From contig CAWFKP010000006.1 in NCBI GenBank assembly GCA_963816425.1, positions 272,278-336,277 of the forward strand: a stretch of DNA of 64,000 nucleotides, in the 5' to 3' direction. The stretch comes from an uncultured Actinomycetes bacterium. Lineage in GTDB: Bacteria > Actinomycetota > UBA4738 > HRBIN12. Of this stretch, positions 1 through 11,373 are shown in pieces. A program made the position numbers and the translations under genes. Numbering within the stretch: the first letter of the stretch is position 1; each line of letters starts with the position of its first letter. The notes beneath the pieces were generated by a model. It saw only the letters and a list, made by a program, of their open reading frames with translations. It did no database searches and was not told the DNA's origin.

Positions 1-683
1 AAGCGCGTGACGCCCGTGCCCTCGTAGATGCGGACGCCACGCGCGAGCAGGGCGTTGCGCAGCCCGCGCGCGAGGCGGGCCGGCTGGAGGTTGGCGGCGT
101 CGCGCATGAACAGCCCTTCGCCGAACATCGGGGACCTGACCCGCGCCCGGACCTCCTCGGACGTCAGCTCTTGGTACTCGTCGCCGACCCCGAGTCCTTC
201 GGCGGCCTCGAGTGTCCGTCGCCAGCCACCGGCGTGGGCGGGGGCGGTGGCGACGGCGAGGTCGCCGGCCATCCGGAACCAGGCGTCGACGCCCTCGGCC
301 TCGCACCACGCGCCGATCTCGCCGGGCGATCGGCCCGCGTGCATCAGCAGCTCGAGCGCGTCTGCCTCGCCGTAGGTGTCGATCAGGTCGACGATGTGTC
401 CCCACCAGCCGTCGCAGAAGCCGCCGTTGCGCCCGCTCGGCCCGCCACCGCAGATGTCCTGTTCGAGCAGCACGATGTCGAGCCCGGGATCGCGTTCACG
501 CAGGAACCACGCGGTCCACATGCCGGTGTAGCCGCCCCCGAGGATCACGACGTCGGCGGTCGTGTCGGCGGCCAGCGGCGGAGCCTCGGGTCCGGCGAAC
601 TCCTCGCGGGCGAGCGCCTCGCGCAGCCACCAGCTGCGGCCGAGATCGGGGGGCGGCTCGTCGCGACGCATGTCGCGGGGCAT
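1..683 (-). CDS. FAD-dependent oxidoreductase (N-terminal part; 3' end lies beyond window start)
   Basis: Minus-strand frame from ATG (complement of 681-683) is open to position 1; translation [60 protein letters not shown] has a GxGxxG FAD/NAD Rossmann motif; not in ORF track because it runs off the edge. Confidence 0.55.
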   Translation of the reverse strand, partial: MPRDMRRDEPPPDLGRSWWLREALAREEFAGPEAPPLAADTTADVVILGGGYTGMWTAWFLRERDPGLDIVLLEQDICGGGPSGRNGGFCDGWWGHIVDLIDTYGEADALELLMHAGRSPGEIGAWCEAEGVDAWFRMAGDLAVATAPAHAGGWRRTLEAAEGLGVGDEYQELTSEEVRARVRSPMFGEGLFMRDAANLQPARLARGLRNALLARGVRIYEGTGVTR

Positions 684-755
684 CCTATCGAGTCGGCTCG
701 GAGCCCCTGTTGCTACCGTGAGGGTTTCCGCGCCGCTCCTGGAGGTCCGAACCGC

Positions 756-2435
756 ATGGCAGGTCAGCCGAACCGTCCCCGCAGCTGGGAAGTCACCGAC
801 GGGCCGCAGCGCGCACCGGCGCGCGCGTATCTGCGTGCGGTCGGCTTCTCCGAGGAAGATTTCGGGAAGCCACAGGTGGCCGTTGCCTCCAGCTGGAACG
901 AGGTCACCCCGTGCAACTACCACCTGGACAAGCTCGCCGCGCTGGCGAAGGAAGGGGTCCGACAGGGCGACGCCGTCCCGATCGAGTTCACGACGATCGC
1001 CGTGTCCGACGGCATCGCCATGGGGCACGAGGGCATGAAGGCCTCGTTGATGAGCCGGGACCTGATCGCGGACTCGGTGGAGCTCGTGATGCACGCCGAG
1101 CGGCTGGACGCGCTCGTCGGCATCGCGGGCTGCGACAAGTCCGAGCCCGGCATGCTGATGGCGATGGCGCGGCTGGACCTGCCGTCGGTCTATCTGTATG
1201 GGGGCACGATCCTTCCCGGCACCTACCAAGGGCGCGACGTCACGATCCAGGATGTGTTCGAGGCGGTCGGCGGCCACGCGAAAGGCACGGTGAGCGACGA
1301 GGAGCTGCTCGGGCTCGAGCGCGCGGCGTGTCCGACGACCGGCTCCTGCGCCGGCATGTATACCGCCAACACGATGGCCTGCGTCGGCGAGGCGCTCGGC
1401 ATGTCGCTGCCGGGCTCGGCCAGCCCGCCCGCGGTCGACTATCGGCGGGAGGTCGCCGCCCGGGAGAGCGGCATCGCCGTCACGAAGGTCCTCGAGCTGG
1501 ACCTGCGTCCCCGCCAGATCCTCACGAAGGAGGCCTTCGAGAACGCGATCACCGTCGTGATGGCGGTGGCGGGCTCCACGAACGCGGTGCTGCACCTGCT
1601 GGCGATCGCCCGTGAGGCCCACGTCGAGCTGACGCTGGATGACTTCGACCGGATCTCCCGCCGCACGCCGCACCTCGTCGACGTGCGCCCCGCGGGCCGG
1701 TTCGTGATGAGCGACCTCGATCGCGTGGGCGGTGTGCCGGTCGTGATGCAGGAGCTGCTCGGTCTCGGGCTGCTCCACGGCGACTGCATGACCGTGACGG
1801 GCACCACCCAGGCCGAGAACCTGTCAACGTCGCCGCCTCCCGCTCCCGACGGATCGATCGTGCATGCGGCGGACGACCCGATCCATCCGTGGGGCGGCAT
1901 CGCGATCCTGCGCGGCAACCTCGCGCCTGACGGCGCCGTGATCAAGGCGGCCGGCATGGAGGGCTCGATCTTCGAGGGCAGCGCGCGCGTGTTCGACTCC
2001 GAGCAGGCGGCGTTCGACGCGCTCACGGCCGGGGGGATCGCGGCGGGCGACGTCGTCGTGATCCGCTACGAGGGGCCGAAGGGCTCGCCGGGCATGCCCG
2101 AGATGCTGGCGGTCACGGCTGCGGTCGCGGGCGCGGGTCTCGGCAAGGACGTCGCATTGATCACCGACGGCAGGTTCAGCGGTGCCACCAAGGGCATCAG
2201 CGTCGGGCACATCGCGCCCGAGGCGTTCGTCGGCGGCCCGATCGCGCTCATCGCGGAGGGGGACCGGATCCGGATCGACACCGACGGTCGGACGCTCGAG
2301 GTGCTCGTCGAGGACGCCGAGCTCGATCGTCGCCGCACGTCGTGGGTCGAGCCGGCACCGAAGTACACGCAAGGCGCGCTGGCGAAGTACGCGCGCACGG
2401 TCGGCTCCGCCGACACGGGGGCGACCACGTGGTGA
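756..2435 (+). CDS. ilvD: dihydroxy-acid dehydratase
   Basis: Track ORF 171..2435; first plausible start ATG 756 preceded by GGAGG at ~741-745; translation [31 protein letters not shown]...[30 protein letters not shown] is typical IlvD/EDD family. Confidence 0.92.
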   Translation: MAGQPNRPRSWEVTDGPQRAPARAYLRAVGFSEEDFGKPQVAVASSWNEVTPCNYHLDKLAALAKEGVRQGDAVPIEFTTIAVSDGIAMGHEGMKASLMSRDLIADSVELVMHAERLDALVGIAGCDKSEPGMLMAMARLDLPSVYLYGGTILPGTYQGRDVTIQDVFEAVGGHAKGTVSDEELLGLERAACPTTGSCAGMYTANTMACVGEALGMSLPGSASPPAVDYRREVAARESGIAVTKVLELDLRPRQILTKEAFENAITVVMAVAGSTNAVLHLLAIAREAHVELTLDDFDRISRRTPHLVDVRPAGRFVMSDLDRVGGVPVVMQELLGLGLLHGDCMTVTGTTQAENLSTSPPPAPDGSIVHAADDPIHPWGGIAILRGNLAPDGAVIKAAGMEGSIFEGSARVFDSEQAAFDALTAGGIAAGDVVVIRYEGPKGSPGMPEMLAVTAAVAGAGLGKDVALITDGRFSGATKGISVGHIAPEAFVGGPIALIAEGDRIRIDTDGRTLEVLVEDAELDRRRTSWVEPAPKYTQGALAKYARTVGSADTGATTW

Positions 2436-3673
2436 CGCCCGCGAACGTCGTCGCACCGGCCGCCCTCGAATGCCGCATCTGTCATGCGCGCTACCCCGTC
2501 GAGCCCCTGACGATCTGCGAGGAGTGCTTCGGCCCGCTCGAGCCCGCATACGATCTCGCGGCGATCAACGGTGCCGCGTTCCGCGACGAGGTGGAGGCGG
2601 GGCCCGCGTCGATGTGGCGCTACCAGCCGTTGCTGCCGGGCGGTCCCGACCTGGAGCGGATCGACCTCGGCGCCGGGTTCACGCCGCTGCGGCAAGCCGA
2701 CAACCTCGCCGCGCGGCTCGGCTTGGAGCGCCTGTGGATCAAGGACGACTCCGTCAATCCATCGAACTCCTTCAAGGACCGGGTGGTGAGCGTCGCGATC
2801 ACGATGGCGCGCGCGTTCGGGTTCGAGGCGATCAGCTGCGCCTCGACCGGCAACCTCGCCAACGCCACCGCGGCGCACGCAGCCAAGGCCGGCATGCCCT
2901 GTTACGTGTTCGTGCCCGACGACCTCGAGCGCGCCAAGATCCTCGCGACCGAGGTCTACGGCGCCAAGGTCGTCACCGTGAAGGGGAACTACGACGCGGT
3001 GAACCGGCTGTGCTCGGAGGTCGCCGAGGCGCTGCCCTGGGCCTTCGTCAACGTGAACATGCGGCCCTTCTACGCAGAGGGGTCGAAGTCGCTCGGGTTC
3101 GAGACCGCCGAACAGCTCGGCTGGCGCCTTCCGGATCACGTGGTGGTGCCGATCGCGAGCGGTGCGCTGCTGACGAAGGTGCACCGTGCGTTCCAGGAGC
3201 TGACCGCGATCGGCGCGGTCCAAGACAAGCGCTATCGCGTGTCCGGCGCCCAGCCGGAGGGATGCCGGCCAGTGGCGCAGGCGTTCCAGGACGGCGACGA
3301 GGTCGTGGCGCCGATGAAGCCCGACACGATCGCCCGATCGTTGGCGATCGGCTCGCCCGCCGATGGCATGTTCGCGATGCAGGTGGCACGCGAGACCGGC
3401 GGCCACATCGAGTGGTGCACCGAGGGCGAGATCCGCGAGGGCATCGCCCTCCTCGCCGAGACCGAGGGTGTCTTCACCGAGACCGCCGGCGGCGTCACGA
3501 TCGCCAACCTCAAGCGGATGTGCGACCAGGGCATCATCAAGCCCGACGAAGAGACCGTCGCCTATGTGACGGGCAACGGCTACAAGACGATCGAAGCGCT
3601 CGAGGGTTTCGTGGAGCCGACCTATCACGTCGCGCCGGACCTCGACGAGTTCCTCGCCGCGCTGAACGCCTGA
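2429..3673 (+). CDS. thrC: threonine synthase (PLP-dependent) with N-terminal Cys4 zinc-ribbon
   Basis: Track ORF 2342..3673; GTG GTG at 2429-2434 overlaps ilvD stop (GTGGTGA). N-terminus [25 protein letters not shown]-lysine motif NPSNSFKDR and ThrC-like body. Confidence 0.75.
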   Translation: MVTPANVVAPAALECRICHARYPVEPLTICEECFGPLEPAYDLAAINGAAFRDEVEAGPASMWRYQPLLPGGPDLERIDLGAGFTPLRQADNLAARLGLERLWIKDDSVNPSNSFKDRVVSVAITMARAFGFEAISCASTGNLANATAAHAAKAGMPCYVFVPDDLERAKILATEVYGAKVVTVKGNYDAVNRLCSEVAEALPWAFVNVNMRPFYAEGSKSLGFETAEQLGWRLPDHVVVPIASGALLTKVHRAFQELTAIGAVQDKRYRVSGAQPEGCRPVAQAFQDGDEVVAPMKPDTIARSLAIGSPADGMFAMQVARETGGHIEWCTEGEIREGIALLAETEGVFTETAGGVTIANLKRMCDQGIIKPDEETVAYVTGNGYKTIEALEGFVEPTYHVAPDLDEFLAALNA

Positions 3674-3718
3674 GTCGTCCTGCGGCGGCGGATCGCCGTC
3701 GGGTAGCGTCCCTGCTGC

Positions 3719-5374
3719 ATGAATCGCTTGCTCTCCCATCTCGGGCCTCCGATGCGGGCGCTCCGTGGTGTCTTCCGCAACCGTGCGATCCGCCGGATGC
3801 AGCTGGCCTTCCTGTTGTTCAACGTCGCCGAGCCGGCGATGTGGGTGGCGATCCTCGTCTACGCCTTCGACGAGGGCGGCACACGGGCGGTCGGCTTCGT
3901 CTCGATCCTGTGCCTGGTGCCCGCCGGCCTGCTGGCCCCGCTCGCGGCCGGGCTCGGCGACCGGTTCCCGCGCGAGCGCGTGGTGCGCTTCGGGTACCTG
4001 ACGCAGGCGGTCGTCACCGGCATCCTCGCGTTGGCGCTCGTCGCCGGCGCCCCGCCGATCGCCGTGTACCTGATCGCGATGGTGTCGTGCATCCCCTACA
4101 CGGCCGGCCGGCCGAACCATCACGCGCTGCTGCCCTCGCTGAGCAACGCACCCGACGAGGTCGCCGCGGCCAACTCCGTCTCGGCCCTCACGGAGGGGAT
4201 CGGCTACGCACTAGGGGCTCTGACGGCCGCGATCCTCGCCCCGATCGGCGCCGGGGCGATCGTGGCCGTTGCGGCCGCCGCCCTCGGTTTGGCATTCCTC
4301 CTGACGCTCGGCATTCACGCCCCGCCGGACAACGTCGACCGGGGCTCCTTCCGCGCGTGGACGCTGGCGGTCGACGCGGTGGACGGCATCCGGCGGATCG
4401 CGACGACCCCGGGAACGAGGATCCTCGTGCTGATCGCGGGCGGACTGGCGATCGCGACCGGGGCGATCGGCGTGCTGCTGGTGCCGCTCGCGATCGACCG
4501 GCTCGGGCTCGGCGATTCCGGCGTGGGGTTCCTCACGACGATCCAGAGCGTCGGGCTGTTCGTCGGTGCCGGTGTCTCGGTAGCGTTCGCAACGCGGCGG
4601 CGATTGGCTGGCGGCATCCTGGCGGCGGCGGCCCTGTACACCGTCGGCGGCGTGCTGTTCGGCCTCGCGACGACGACCGTGATCGCGGTGATCGCCGCCG
4701 TGGCCTATGGGGCGTCCATCACGCTGCTCGACGTGCTCGCGCGGACGCTGCTCCAGCGCACGACGAGCGACGACCTCCTGACGAGGGTATTCGGGGCCGT
4801 GGAGGCGCTGTGGCTGCTCGCCTACGCGGTGGGGGCGGCGATCGCGCCGCCGCTCGAGTCGCGGATCGGGCTGCCGATCTCCTTCGCCCTGCTCGGATGC
4901 ACGATGACGGTCGCGGGCCTCGCCTCCTTCGCCGGTCTCCGGCGGGTGGATGCGGCCGCGGTGGTGCCGGTGCGCCAGCTCGAGCTGCTGTCGGGCATCC
5001 CGATGTTCGCGCCGTTGCCGCACCTCGACCTGGAGCGCATCGGGCGCCAGCTCGACCTGCTGGCGATGCCCACCGGCACCGAGGTGATCCGGCAAGGGGA
5101 TGTCGGCGACCGGTTCTACATCGTCGATGCGGGCAGTTTCGAGATCGTGCGCGACGGCGTGCGGATCGACACGGCCGAGTCGGGCGGGTACTTCGGCGAG
5201 ATCGCCCTGTTGCACGACGTGCCGCGGACCGCGACCGTGCGCGCCATCGCGGACGGCGCGGTGTGGGCGCTGGATCAGGAGGAGTTCCTGGCCACCGTCA
5301 CCGGTCTGCCGCAGGCGGCCAAGGCCGCGCACGATGTCTCCGCCGAACGTCGGCGGATGCACACCCCGGACTAG
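3719..5374 (+). CDS. MFS-type transporter fused to a C-terminal cyclic-nucleotide-binding (CAP effector) domain
   Basis: About 12 predicted TM helices followed by a C-terminal domain with FGEIALL and RTATVRA signatures of cNMP-binding domains. Confidence 0.75.
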   Translation: MNRLLSHLGPPMRALRGVFRNRAIRRMQLAFLLFNVAEPAMWVAILVYAFDEGGTRAVGFVSILCLVPAGLLAPLAAGLGDRFPRERVVRFGYLTQAVVTGILALALVAGAPPIAVYLIAMVSCIPYTAGRPNHHALLPSLSNAPDEVAAANSVSALTEGIGYALGALTAAILAPIGAGAIVAVAAAALGLAFLLTLGIHAPPDNVDRGSFRAWTLAVDAVDGIRRIATTPGTRILVLIAGGLAIATGAIGVLLVPLAIDRLGLGDSGVGFLTTIQSVGLFVGAGVSVAFATRRRLAGGILAAAALYTVGGVLFGLATTTVIAVIAAVAYGASITLLDVLARTLLQRTTSDDLLTRVFGAVEALWLLAYAVGAAIAPPLESRIGLPISFALLGCTMTVAGLASFAGLRRVDAAAVVPVRQLELLSGIPMFAPLPHLDLERIGRQLDLLAMPTGTEVIRQGDVGDRFYIVDAGSFEIVRDGVRIDTAESGGYFGEIALLHDVPRTATVRAIADGAVWALDQEEFLATVTGLPQAAKAAHDVSAERRRMHTPD

Positions 5375-6186
5375 CGCTCGCGGATCGCGAACGCGTCGCC
5401 GTCCCGGGCGACCGAGCCGGCGATCGGGAGGTGCGAGGCCGCGAGCAGGAGCTCCTCGTCGACCGCTCGAGCCAACAGAACGCGCCGGGTCGCCTCGCTG
5501 CCCGAGGGGTCCATATCGGCGGCGCTGACCCACTCGGGGTGCGGAGCGTTCAGCGGCGAGACGATCGCATCGCCCGCCCACAACAGCGAGTCGCCGATCA
5601 CCACGGCGAGGTGACCCGGCGTGTGTCCTGGAGCCGCGATCGCGCGCACGCGAGGAACGATGTCGATGTCCTCGGCGATCACGTCGAGGAGGTCGGCAGC
5701 GAGCAGGGCGTGCAGCGCCAGGAGCGCGGGCTGGCCGGCCTCGTCGGGAAGCTCGCCCGCCGCATCGGATGCCCAGTAGTCGGCCTCACGCCGGTGGATC
5801 ACGTGTCGCGCGTCGGGGAACGCGGGCTCCCGCCTGGGTCCGAGCAGGCCACCGACGTGATCGGCGTGTCCGTGCGTGATCACGACGATCCGGATATCCC
5901 ACGGGCGAACACCGAGCGTTGCGAGTTCCTCGTGCAGGTGCCCTGCGTCGAGATCCCCGGCGAAGCCGCCGACCCCCGCGTCGACGAGGATCATCCCCGC
6001 GGGCGCTTCGATCAGCAGGCCGGCGAAGCGGCCGTACAGCTTGCCCTCGTCATCCAGGTGCGGGCGCACGAAGGGACCCTGGATGTCGTCGTCGTAGCCG
6101 CGGAACACGAACCTCGGCGAGACGGCTCGGCCACCATCGACCAGCACACGGCAGGCGATCCCGCCCGCGTCGAACACCTCGGACAT
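5371..6186 (-). CDS. MBL-fold metallo-hydrolase
   Basis: Translation contains ITHGHADHVGG (HxHxDH metallo-beta-lactamase motif); 4-bp overlap with upstream gene end. Confidence 0.8.
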   Translation of the reverse strand: MSEVFDAGGIACRVLVDGGRAVSPRFVFRGYDDDIQGPFVRPHLDDEGKLYGRFAGLLIEAPAGMILVDAGVGGFAGDLDAGHLHEELATLGVRPWDIRIVVITHGHADHVGGLLGPRREPAFPDARHVIHRREADYWASDAAGELPDEAGQPALLALHALLAADLLDVIAEDIDIVPRVRAIAAPGHTPGHLAVVIGDSLLWAGDAIVSPLNAPHPEWVSAADMDPSGSEATRRVLLARAVDEELLLAASHLPIAGSVARDGDAFAIRER

Positions 6187-6249
6187 GCGGCTCAGTATGC
6201 AGAAGGGGCGGCCGGATGGCCGCCCCTTCGATGCCGAGACCGGGCCTCC

Positions 6250-6714
6250 TTACGGCAGCAGCATGAAGACGAAGTTGTACCCACCCGGGCGGGCGATGAG
6301 TTTCATCGAACCGCGCGCGTTCCGGAACTCCATCGTCCCGCCGGTGATCGCCAGCGTGTTGTCGCGACCGTCGAAGAAGGCGCCCTCGACCATGATCGCG
6401 CCACGGCCGGCGATGAAGGTCAGCCAGCGGCACTCCCACGTGCCCTGTTTCGGCGAGATCCGGATGCAGTCGCCCTGATCGTGCCCGACCTTGTGCGAGT
6501 TGGTTGCATCGAAGATCGGGTTGTTGAACGTGAGCAGGTCACCCGACGTGTCTCCAGACTTGCCGGTGTCGATCACCTTGTCGGTGAGCGCGTGCTCGAT
6601 GACGTGCAACGTCGTCGGCTGCGTGACCGCGCGGTTACCCGCGAACGAGACAGTCAGCGCGGTCCCGATCACGACCAGCACCATCGCCCCGATGAACAGC
6701 GGTTTCTTCTTCAT
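6250..6714 (-). CDS. secreted hypothetical protein (N-terminal signal peptide)
   Basis: Internal ATG of track ORF 6250..6888; MKKKPLFIGAMVLVVIGTALTVSFAG signal-like N-terminus; no recognisable family. Confidence 0.5.
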   Translation of the reverse strand: MKKKPLFIGAMVLVVIGTALTVSFAGNRAVTQPTTLHVIEHALTDKVIDTGKSGDTSGDLLTFNNPIFDATNSHKVGHDQGDCIRISPKQGTWECRWLTFIAGRGAIMVEGAFFDGRDNTLAITGGTMEFRNARGSMKLIARPGGYNFVFMLLP

Positions 6715-6893
6715 CGTCGTTCCCTCCCCGAGGGCCCTGTCGGCCCGTCCGCGCGAGGGTATACCGGTCGGCGGATCCGTGCTGACGGGTCCTGCCGAAC
6801 GGCCCGCGGGCGCCGGGACCTTCCCACCTTCCGAGCGGTCATCTGCGTGCCAGGCTGCAGCGTGATAGAACCCATCCGAAGGGAGCAACGCGG

Positions 6894-7109
6894 ATGACCT
6901 GGGGCAATGCGGTCGTTCGAGCGATCGCGATGTTCGCCGTCTGCGTGGTGCTGTTCGCCGTCGTCCCCGGGTACCTGCTGACGTACCTCACCATCCGGAC
7001 GAGCGCGACGGTGCGCGACCTGCTGGTCATGGGCTGGTGGACCGTCGGGTTGCTCTTCGCCCTGTGGCTCTTCGTTCGGCTGCAACGCACGCGGGAGCGG
7101 GCCGGGTGA
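6894..7109 (+). CDS. small integral membrane protein (2 predicted TM helices), translationally coupled to the GltD-like gene
   Basis: 71-aa ORF, hydrophobic (AIAMFAVCVVLFAVVPGYLLTYL / WWTVGLLFALWLFV); its stop TGA 7107-7109 overlaps the GTG 7106-7108 of the next gene. Confidence 0.4.
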   Translation: MTWGNAVVRAIAMFAVCVVLFAVVPGYLLTYLTIRTSATVRDLLVMGWWTVGLLFALWLFVRLQRTRERAG

Positions 7110-8968
7110 GCGCCTTCCGCCCGCACACCGTGGATGGCGATTGGTTCGACGCGAACGTGCCGTGCACGCGCGCCTGTCCGGTCTTGACGAACGCGGGCCG
7201 CTACGTCGCCGCGATCGCCGCCGGCGACGACGAGCTCGCCTACGACATCGCGCGACTGCCCAACCCGTTCCCTTCGATCTGTGGTCGCGTGTGCGCGGCC
7301 CCCTGCGAGCTGGCCTGCCGCCGCGGCACGATCGATCAGCCGATCGCGATCCGGGCGCTCAAGCGCTTCGTCTGCGAGAGCTTCGGTGTCGAAAGTGCCG
7401 CGGGTACCGACGCGTATCGGCGAGCCGTCATGCAGCTCCCGACGCGAGACGAGCGCATCGCGATCGTCGGCGCAGGGCCCGCGGGGCTCGCCGCCGCGCA
7501 CGATCTCGCCGGCTACGGGTACCGATCCGTCGTCTTCGAGGCACAGCGCGAGGCCGGCGGCATGATGGTGCTTGGGATCCCGCCGTACCGACTCCGTCGC
7601 GACCTCCTCGACCTGGAGATCGCGGCGATCCTCGAGATGGGAGTCGAGCTGCGCACGGGGCAGCGCCTCGGCCTGGACTTCACCATCTCGTCTCTGCGCG
7701 ACGAGGGCTTCGCTGCGATCTTCGTCGCCGTCGGCGCAACGCGCAGCAGGGATCTGCAGATCCCCGGCGTCGAGCTCGACGGCGTGCTCAAGGCGGTGGA
7801 CTTCTTGTTGAACGTGAACCTCGGGTACGAGGTCAACCTCGGCGAGGACGTCTTGATCGTTGGCGGGGGCAACGTTGCCCTGGACGCTGCGCGCTCCTCA
7901 CTGCGCGCGGGCCGCACGGCAGGCTCGGAGGGCTCCTTCGACGTCGAGGGCGTGGGGGCTGCGGAGGCGATGGGGTCCGTCGCGACGGCGACGCTCGACG
8001 TCGCACGGACGGCGATGCGACAGGGCGCCCGTCGCGTCCGCTGTGTGATGCTCGAGAGCCGTGCCGAGATGCCTGCGAGCGAGTTCGAGATCGAGGAGGC
8101 CGAGATCGAGGGCATCGAGTTCCTCCATCGTCGCGGCCCAGAGGCGATCGTCGGGACCGACCATGTCGAGGGACTGCAGACGCTCGACGTGGCGTCTGTC
8201 TTCGACGAGAACGGCCGGTTCGCGCCCGATCTGATCGCGGGCACTGAGCGCACGCTGGACTGCGACTCGGTGATCCTCGCAGTGGGACAGACCTCCGACC
8301 TCTCGTGGATCGACGACGCCGACGGGATCGAGACGTCGCCGCGCGGCACGGTGGTGGTCGATCGCGAGACGTTGGGGACGACGGCGGCCGGTGTGTACGC
8401 GGGCGGCGACCTGGCGTTCGGCCCACGGAACCTGATCGACGCGATCGCCGACGGTCGACGTGCGGCCGCCTCGATCTATCGCCTCCTCAGCGGCGAGGAA
8501 GCGCCGCGGCCGCGTCTCGAGGGCCGGCGCATGCTGCCGATCGTCGAGGTGAACCGGGGTCCGCGCGCCGACGAGTACACCGAGCGCGCCCGCGTGCCGG
8601 TTCCCTCGGAGCCGACCGGCCGACGCATCGGCTCCCCCGAGGTTGAGCTGGGGTTCACCGAGGAGGAGGCGCGGCTCGAGGCCGGCAGGTGCCTGCAGTG
8701 TTTCCTCAACATCATGTTGGACCCGGAGCGCTGCATCCTGTGTCGCGGCTGCGCCGACGTGTGCCCCGAGCGCTGCATCACGATCCTGCCGGCCGAGGAG
8801 ATCGAGGGCCTCAAGCCCGAGACGCCGTCGGCGGTGCTCGTGCTGCAGGAGGAGCGGTGCATCCGGTGCGCGCTGTGCGTCGAGCGGTGTCCGACGAACG
8901 CGCTGACGCTCGAGGGCTGGTCGGAGGCCTCGACCGCCCCCATCGCGCTGGAGGTGCTGCCGGGATGA
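7106..8968 (+). CDS. GltD-like NAD(P)H/FAD oxidoreductase fused to a C-terminal 2x[4Fe-4S] ferredoxin domain
   Basis: N-terminal Cys cluster (CTRACP...[14 protein letters not shown]) as in glutamate-synthase small-subunit family. Two Rossmann motifs ([14 protein letters not shown]; [13 protein letters not shown]). C-terminal CLQC...[15 protein letters not shown] and [12 protein letters not shown] ferredoxin motifs. Confidence 0.8.
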   Translation: MSAFRPHTVDGDWFDANVPCTRACPVLTNAGRYVAAIAAGDDELAYDIARLPNPFPSICGRVCAAPCELACRRGTIDQPIAIRALKRFVCESFGVESAAGTDAYRRAVMQLPTRDERIAIVGAGPAGLAAAHDLAGYGYRSVVFEAQREAGGMMVLGIPPYRLRRDLLDLEIAAILEMGVELRTGQRLGLDFTISSLRDEGFAAIFVAVGATRSRDLQIPGVELDGVLKAVDFLLNVNLGYEVNLGEDVLIVGGGNVALDAARSSLRAGRTAGSEGSFDVEGVGAAEAMGSVATATLDVARTAMRQGARRVRCVMLESRAEMPASEFEIEEAEIEGIEFLHRRGPEAIVGTDHVEGLQTLDVASVFDENGRFAPDLIAGTERTLDCDSVILAVGQTSDLSWIDDADGIETSPRGTVVVDRETLGTTAAGVYAGGDLAFGPRNLIDAIADGRRAAASIYRLLSGEEAPRPRLEGRRMLPIVEVNRGPRADEYTERARVPVPSEPTGRRIGSPEVELGFTEEEARLEAGRCLQCFLNIMLDPERCILCRGCADVCPERCITILPAEEIEGLKPETPSAVLVLQEERCIRCALCVERCPTNALTLEGWSEASTAPIALEVLPG

Positions 8969-8981
8969 GCGGGGGATCGCG

Positions 8982-9797
8982 ATGAGCTCGAAGGACCGCT
9001 CGGTGCGCGACAGCGCGTGGTATCGGGCGATCGTGCACCCGGGCAAGGTCTACGGTGGCGAGATCTACCGGTCTGCGATCCGGCACCCACCCCCCACGAC
9101 GCCGCGCGGGCGGGCGATGACCTCGTTCCAGAACTTCTTCCTCCACATCTACCCGGTGAAGGTGCCCCGCGAGGTGATCAAGGGTCGGACAACACTGCGG
9201 CTCGGGTTCATCGCGGCGGTCCTGTACGGCATCCTGTTCGTCTCGGGGACCTACCTGATGTTCTTCTACCGCCCGACCGTTCCCGACGCGTACTTCAGCA
9301 TGCACGACCTGTCGACGACGGTGGCGTTCGGCAGCTTCGTCCGCAACGTTCACCGATGGTCGGCACACCTGATGGTGATCGTGGTGCTCGCGCACCTGAT
9401 CCGGGTCTTCTACGCCGGGGCGTATCGGCGGCCGCGCCAGTTCAACTGGGTGATCGGGGTCGTGCTGCTGGTGCTGACGCTGCTGATGTCGTTCACCGGC
9501 TATCTGCTTCCGTGGGATCAGCTCGCGTTCTGGGCGATCACGGTCGGCACCAACATCGCCGGGTACGTGCCGGTGATCGGTACCCAGGTTCGCAACTTGC
9601 TGCTCGGCGGTCCCGAGGTCTCGAGCGCCGCGCTGCTGCGCTTCTACGTCTTGCACATCTACTTCTTGCCCGCCCTGATCACCGTGCTCGTCGCGGTGCA
9701 CATCTGGCGGGTTCGGAAGGACGGATTCGCCGTCAGCGACCGCACGAAGGTGTCGGCCGCCCAGTCCGGACAGGAGCACGCCGATGCCCACGAATGA
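8982..9797 (+). CDS. qcrB: cytochrome b6-type subunit (N-terminal half of split cytochrome b)
   Basis: Track ORF; 13-nt gap after previous gene with GGGGGA RBS. Conserved cytochrome b helices A-D ([36 protein letters not shown]); ends after helix D. Confidence 0.85.
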   Translation: MSSKDRSVRDSAWYRAIVHPGKVYGGEIYRSAIRHPPPTTPRGRAMTSFQNFFLHIYPVKVPREVIKGRTTLRLGFIAAVLYGILFVSGTYLMFFYRPTVPDAYFSMHDLSTTVAFGSFVRNVHRWSAHLMVIVVLAHLIRVFYAGAYRRPRQFNWVIGVVLLVLTLLMSFTGYLLPWDQLAFWAITVGTNIAGYVPVIGTQVRNLLLGGPEVSSAALLRFYVLHIYFLPALITVLVAVHIWRVRKDGFAVSDRTKVSAAQSGQEHADAHE

Positions 9798-10293
9798 ACC
9801 TGAGCCTCGCTACCGACTCCTCGGGGTCGTCGAGAAGGAGGTCGAGCAGAAGGACCGGCTGGACCCGCACGACGAGGTCTTCACGTGGCCGCACCTGCTC
9901 GTGCGCCATGTGGTCGTCGCGGCCGGCACGATCGCGGTCGTCTTTCTGCTCGCCATCCTGTTCGACGCCCCGTTGAAGGAGATCGCGAATCCGAACGCCA
10001 CGCCAGAGGTGGCGAAGGCCCCGTGGTACTTCGCCGGCCTGCAGGAGCTGCTGTCCCATTTCGCGCCGATGGTGGCGGGCATCCTGATCCCGGGAGCAGC
10101 CCTCGTGTGGCTGTTCGCACTGCCGTACATCGACCGTGCGTCGGACTACCGCGCGCGCAGCCGGAAGTTCGTCGTCACGGTGTTCACGATCGTCGCCGTG
10201 CTCGCGCTCCTGCTCACCATCGTCGGCACCTTCTTCCGAGGACCCGGCTGGAGCTGGGTCCCGCCGTGGCAGCACTCGTACGCGGAGTTCTGA
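9784..10293 (+). CDS. cytochrome bc complex subunit IV (C-terminal half of split cytochrome b, PetD-like)
   Basis: Overlaps cyt b6 gene by 14 nt; [12 protein letters not shown] matches the PEWY region of subunit IV; 3 TM helices. Confidence 0.8.
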   Translation: MPTNEPEPRYRLLGVVEKEVEQKDRLDPHDEVFTWPHLLVRHVVVAAGTIAVVFLLAILFDAPLKEIANPNATPEVAKAPWYFAGLQELLSHFAPMVAGILIPGAALVWLFALPYIDRASDYRARSRKFVVTVFTIVAVLALLLTIVGTFFRGPGWSWVPPWQHSYAEF

Positions 10294-10294
10294 G

Positions 10295-10909
10295 ATGGAC
10301 GAGCACACCGACGAACACGACGCAGCGGGCGACGCACCGGTCGACCGCCGACGGTTCCTGAACGGTACGTGGAAGGCGCTCGGCGTGGTGTTGATCGCCG
10401 AGGGCGCGTGGACGAGCTACGACATCCTGCGCCCCGACACGAGTCAGGGGGCGGGCTCGGTGATCGATGCCGGACCCGTGAGCGACTACGCAGAGGAAGG
10501 CACGGTCAAGTACTTCCTCAGCGGACGTTTCTACGTCACGCAGTTCCAGGGCGGGCTGCGTGCGCTGTATCAGAAGTGCCCGCACCTCGGGTGCCGCGTG
10601 CCCTTCTGCGACAGCTCCGGCCGGTTCGAATGCCCGTGCCACGGCAGCTACTACAACGTGATCGGGGAGTACATCCAGGGACCCGCGCCGCGCGGGATGG
10701 ATCGGTTCAAGATCTCGATCAGTGACGACGGACGGGTGCTGGTCGACACCGCGACCGTCCTGCCCGGGCCCGCGAAGGGCGTTCTGACCGGGCCCGCCGA
10801 CGCAGCGGGTCCGTCGTGCACGTCGGCGGAGGGAGAGGCCGTGGCGACGCCGAGCGCCACGCCGAACGCCCCCGATGCCAGCGCCTCGCCCTCCGGTGGT
10901 ACGCCGTGA
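10295..10909 (+). CDS. qcrA: Rieske [2Fe-2S] protein with twin-arginine signal
   Basis: ATG 10295 two nt after previous stop. RRRFLNG Tat motif. CPHLGC...CPCHGS Rieske boxes. Confidence 0.85.
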   Translation: MDEHTDEHDAAGDAPVDRRRFLNGTWKALGVVLIAEGAWTSYDILRPDTSQGAGSVIDAGPVSDYAEEGTVKYFLSGRFYVTQFQGGLRALYQKCPHLGCRVPFCDSSGRFECPCHGSYYNVIGEYIQGPAPRGMDRFKISISDDGRVLVDTATVLPGPAKGVLTGPADAAGPSCTSAEGEAVATPSATPNAPDASASPSGGTP

Positions 10910-11364
10910 GCAAGGCCCCAGCGGACGACCCCGTCCTCGCTCGCTCGACCCGAAGGTGGCAGCGGGTCGGTGTCTGGCTGCTCCTGATCCTCGTGCTGTC
11001 CTTCCCGCTCTACAAGCTGACGGAGGGGTCACGGCGAGCCTCCGCCGCGCTGCTGCAGCAGCAGGCGCAGATCGCGACGGGGACGCAATTGTGGGCCGCG
11101 AACTGCGCCGTCTGCCACGGCCCGATGGGGGAGGGCGTCAGCGCTCCCGCGTTGAACTCCCAAGAGTTCCTCACGACGGTCACCGACGCGCAGATACGCG
11201 ACATCATGCGCGGCGGCATCCCGGGCACCGAGATGCCCGCCTGGCTCAACGACTACGGCGGACCGCTGACCGAGGAGCAGATCCAGGCACTCGTTGTGTA
11301 CATCCGCTCGTGGGAGGCGACGGCGCCGGCGCGCCCGGACTGGCGCACGCCGAGCGGCGGATAG
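10906..11364 (+). CDS. membrane-anchored monoheme c-type cytochrome
   Basis: GTG 10906 overlaps Rieske stop (GTGA). One TM helix ([14 protein letters not shown]) then CAVCHG heme-binding motif. Confidence 0.75.
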   Translation: MSKAPADDPVLARSTRRWQRVGVWLLLILVLSFPLYKLTEGSRRASAALLQQQAQIATGTQLWAANCAVCHGPMGEGVSAPALNSQEFLTTVTDAQIRDIMRGGIPGTEMPAWLNDYGGPLTEEQIQALVVYIRSWEATAPARPDWRTPSGG

Positions 11365-11373
11365 GAGATCGAG

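Noticed and set aside
2182-6897. 1571-aa plus-strand ORF spanning thrC, the MFS gene and two minus-strand genes
   Set aside because: Arg/Gly/Ala/Pro-rich low-complexity translation typical of an open off-frame in 70% GC DNA. It overlaps four well-supported genes in other frames.
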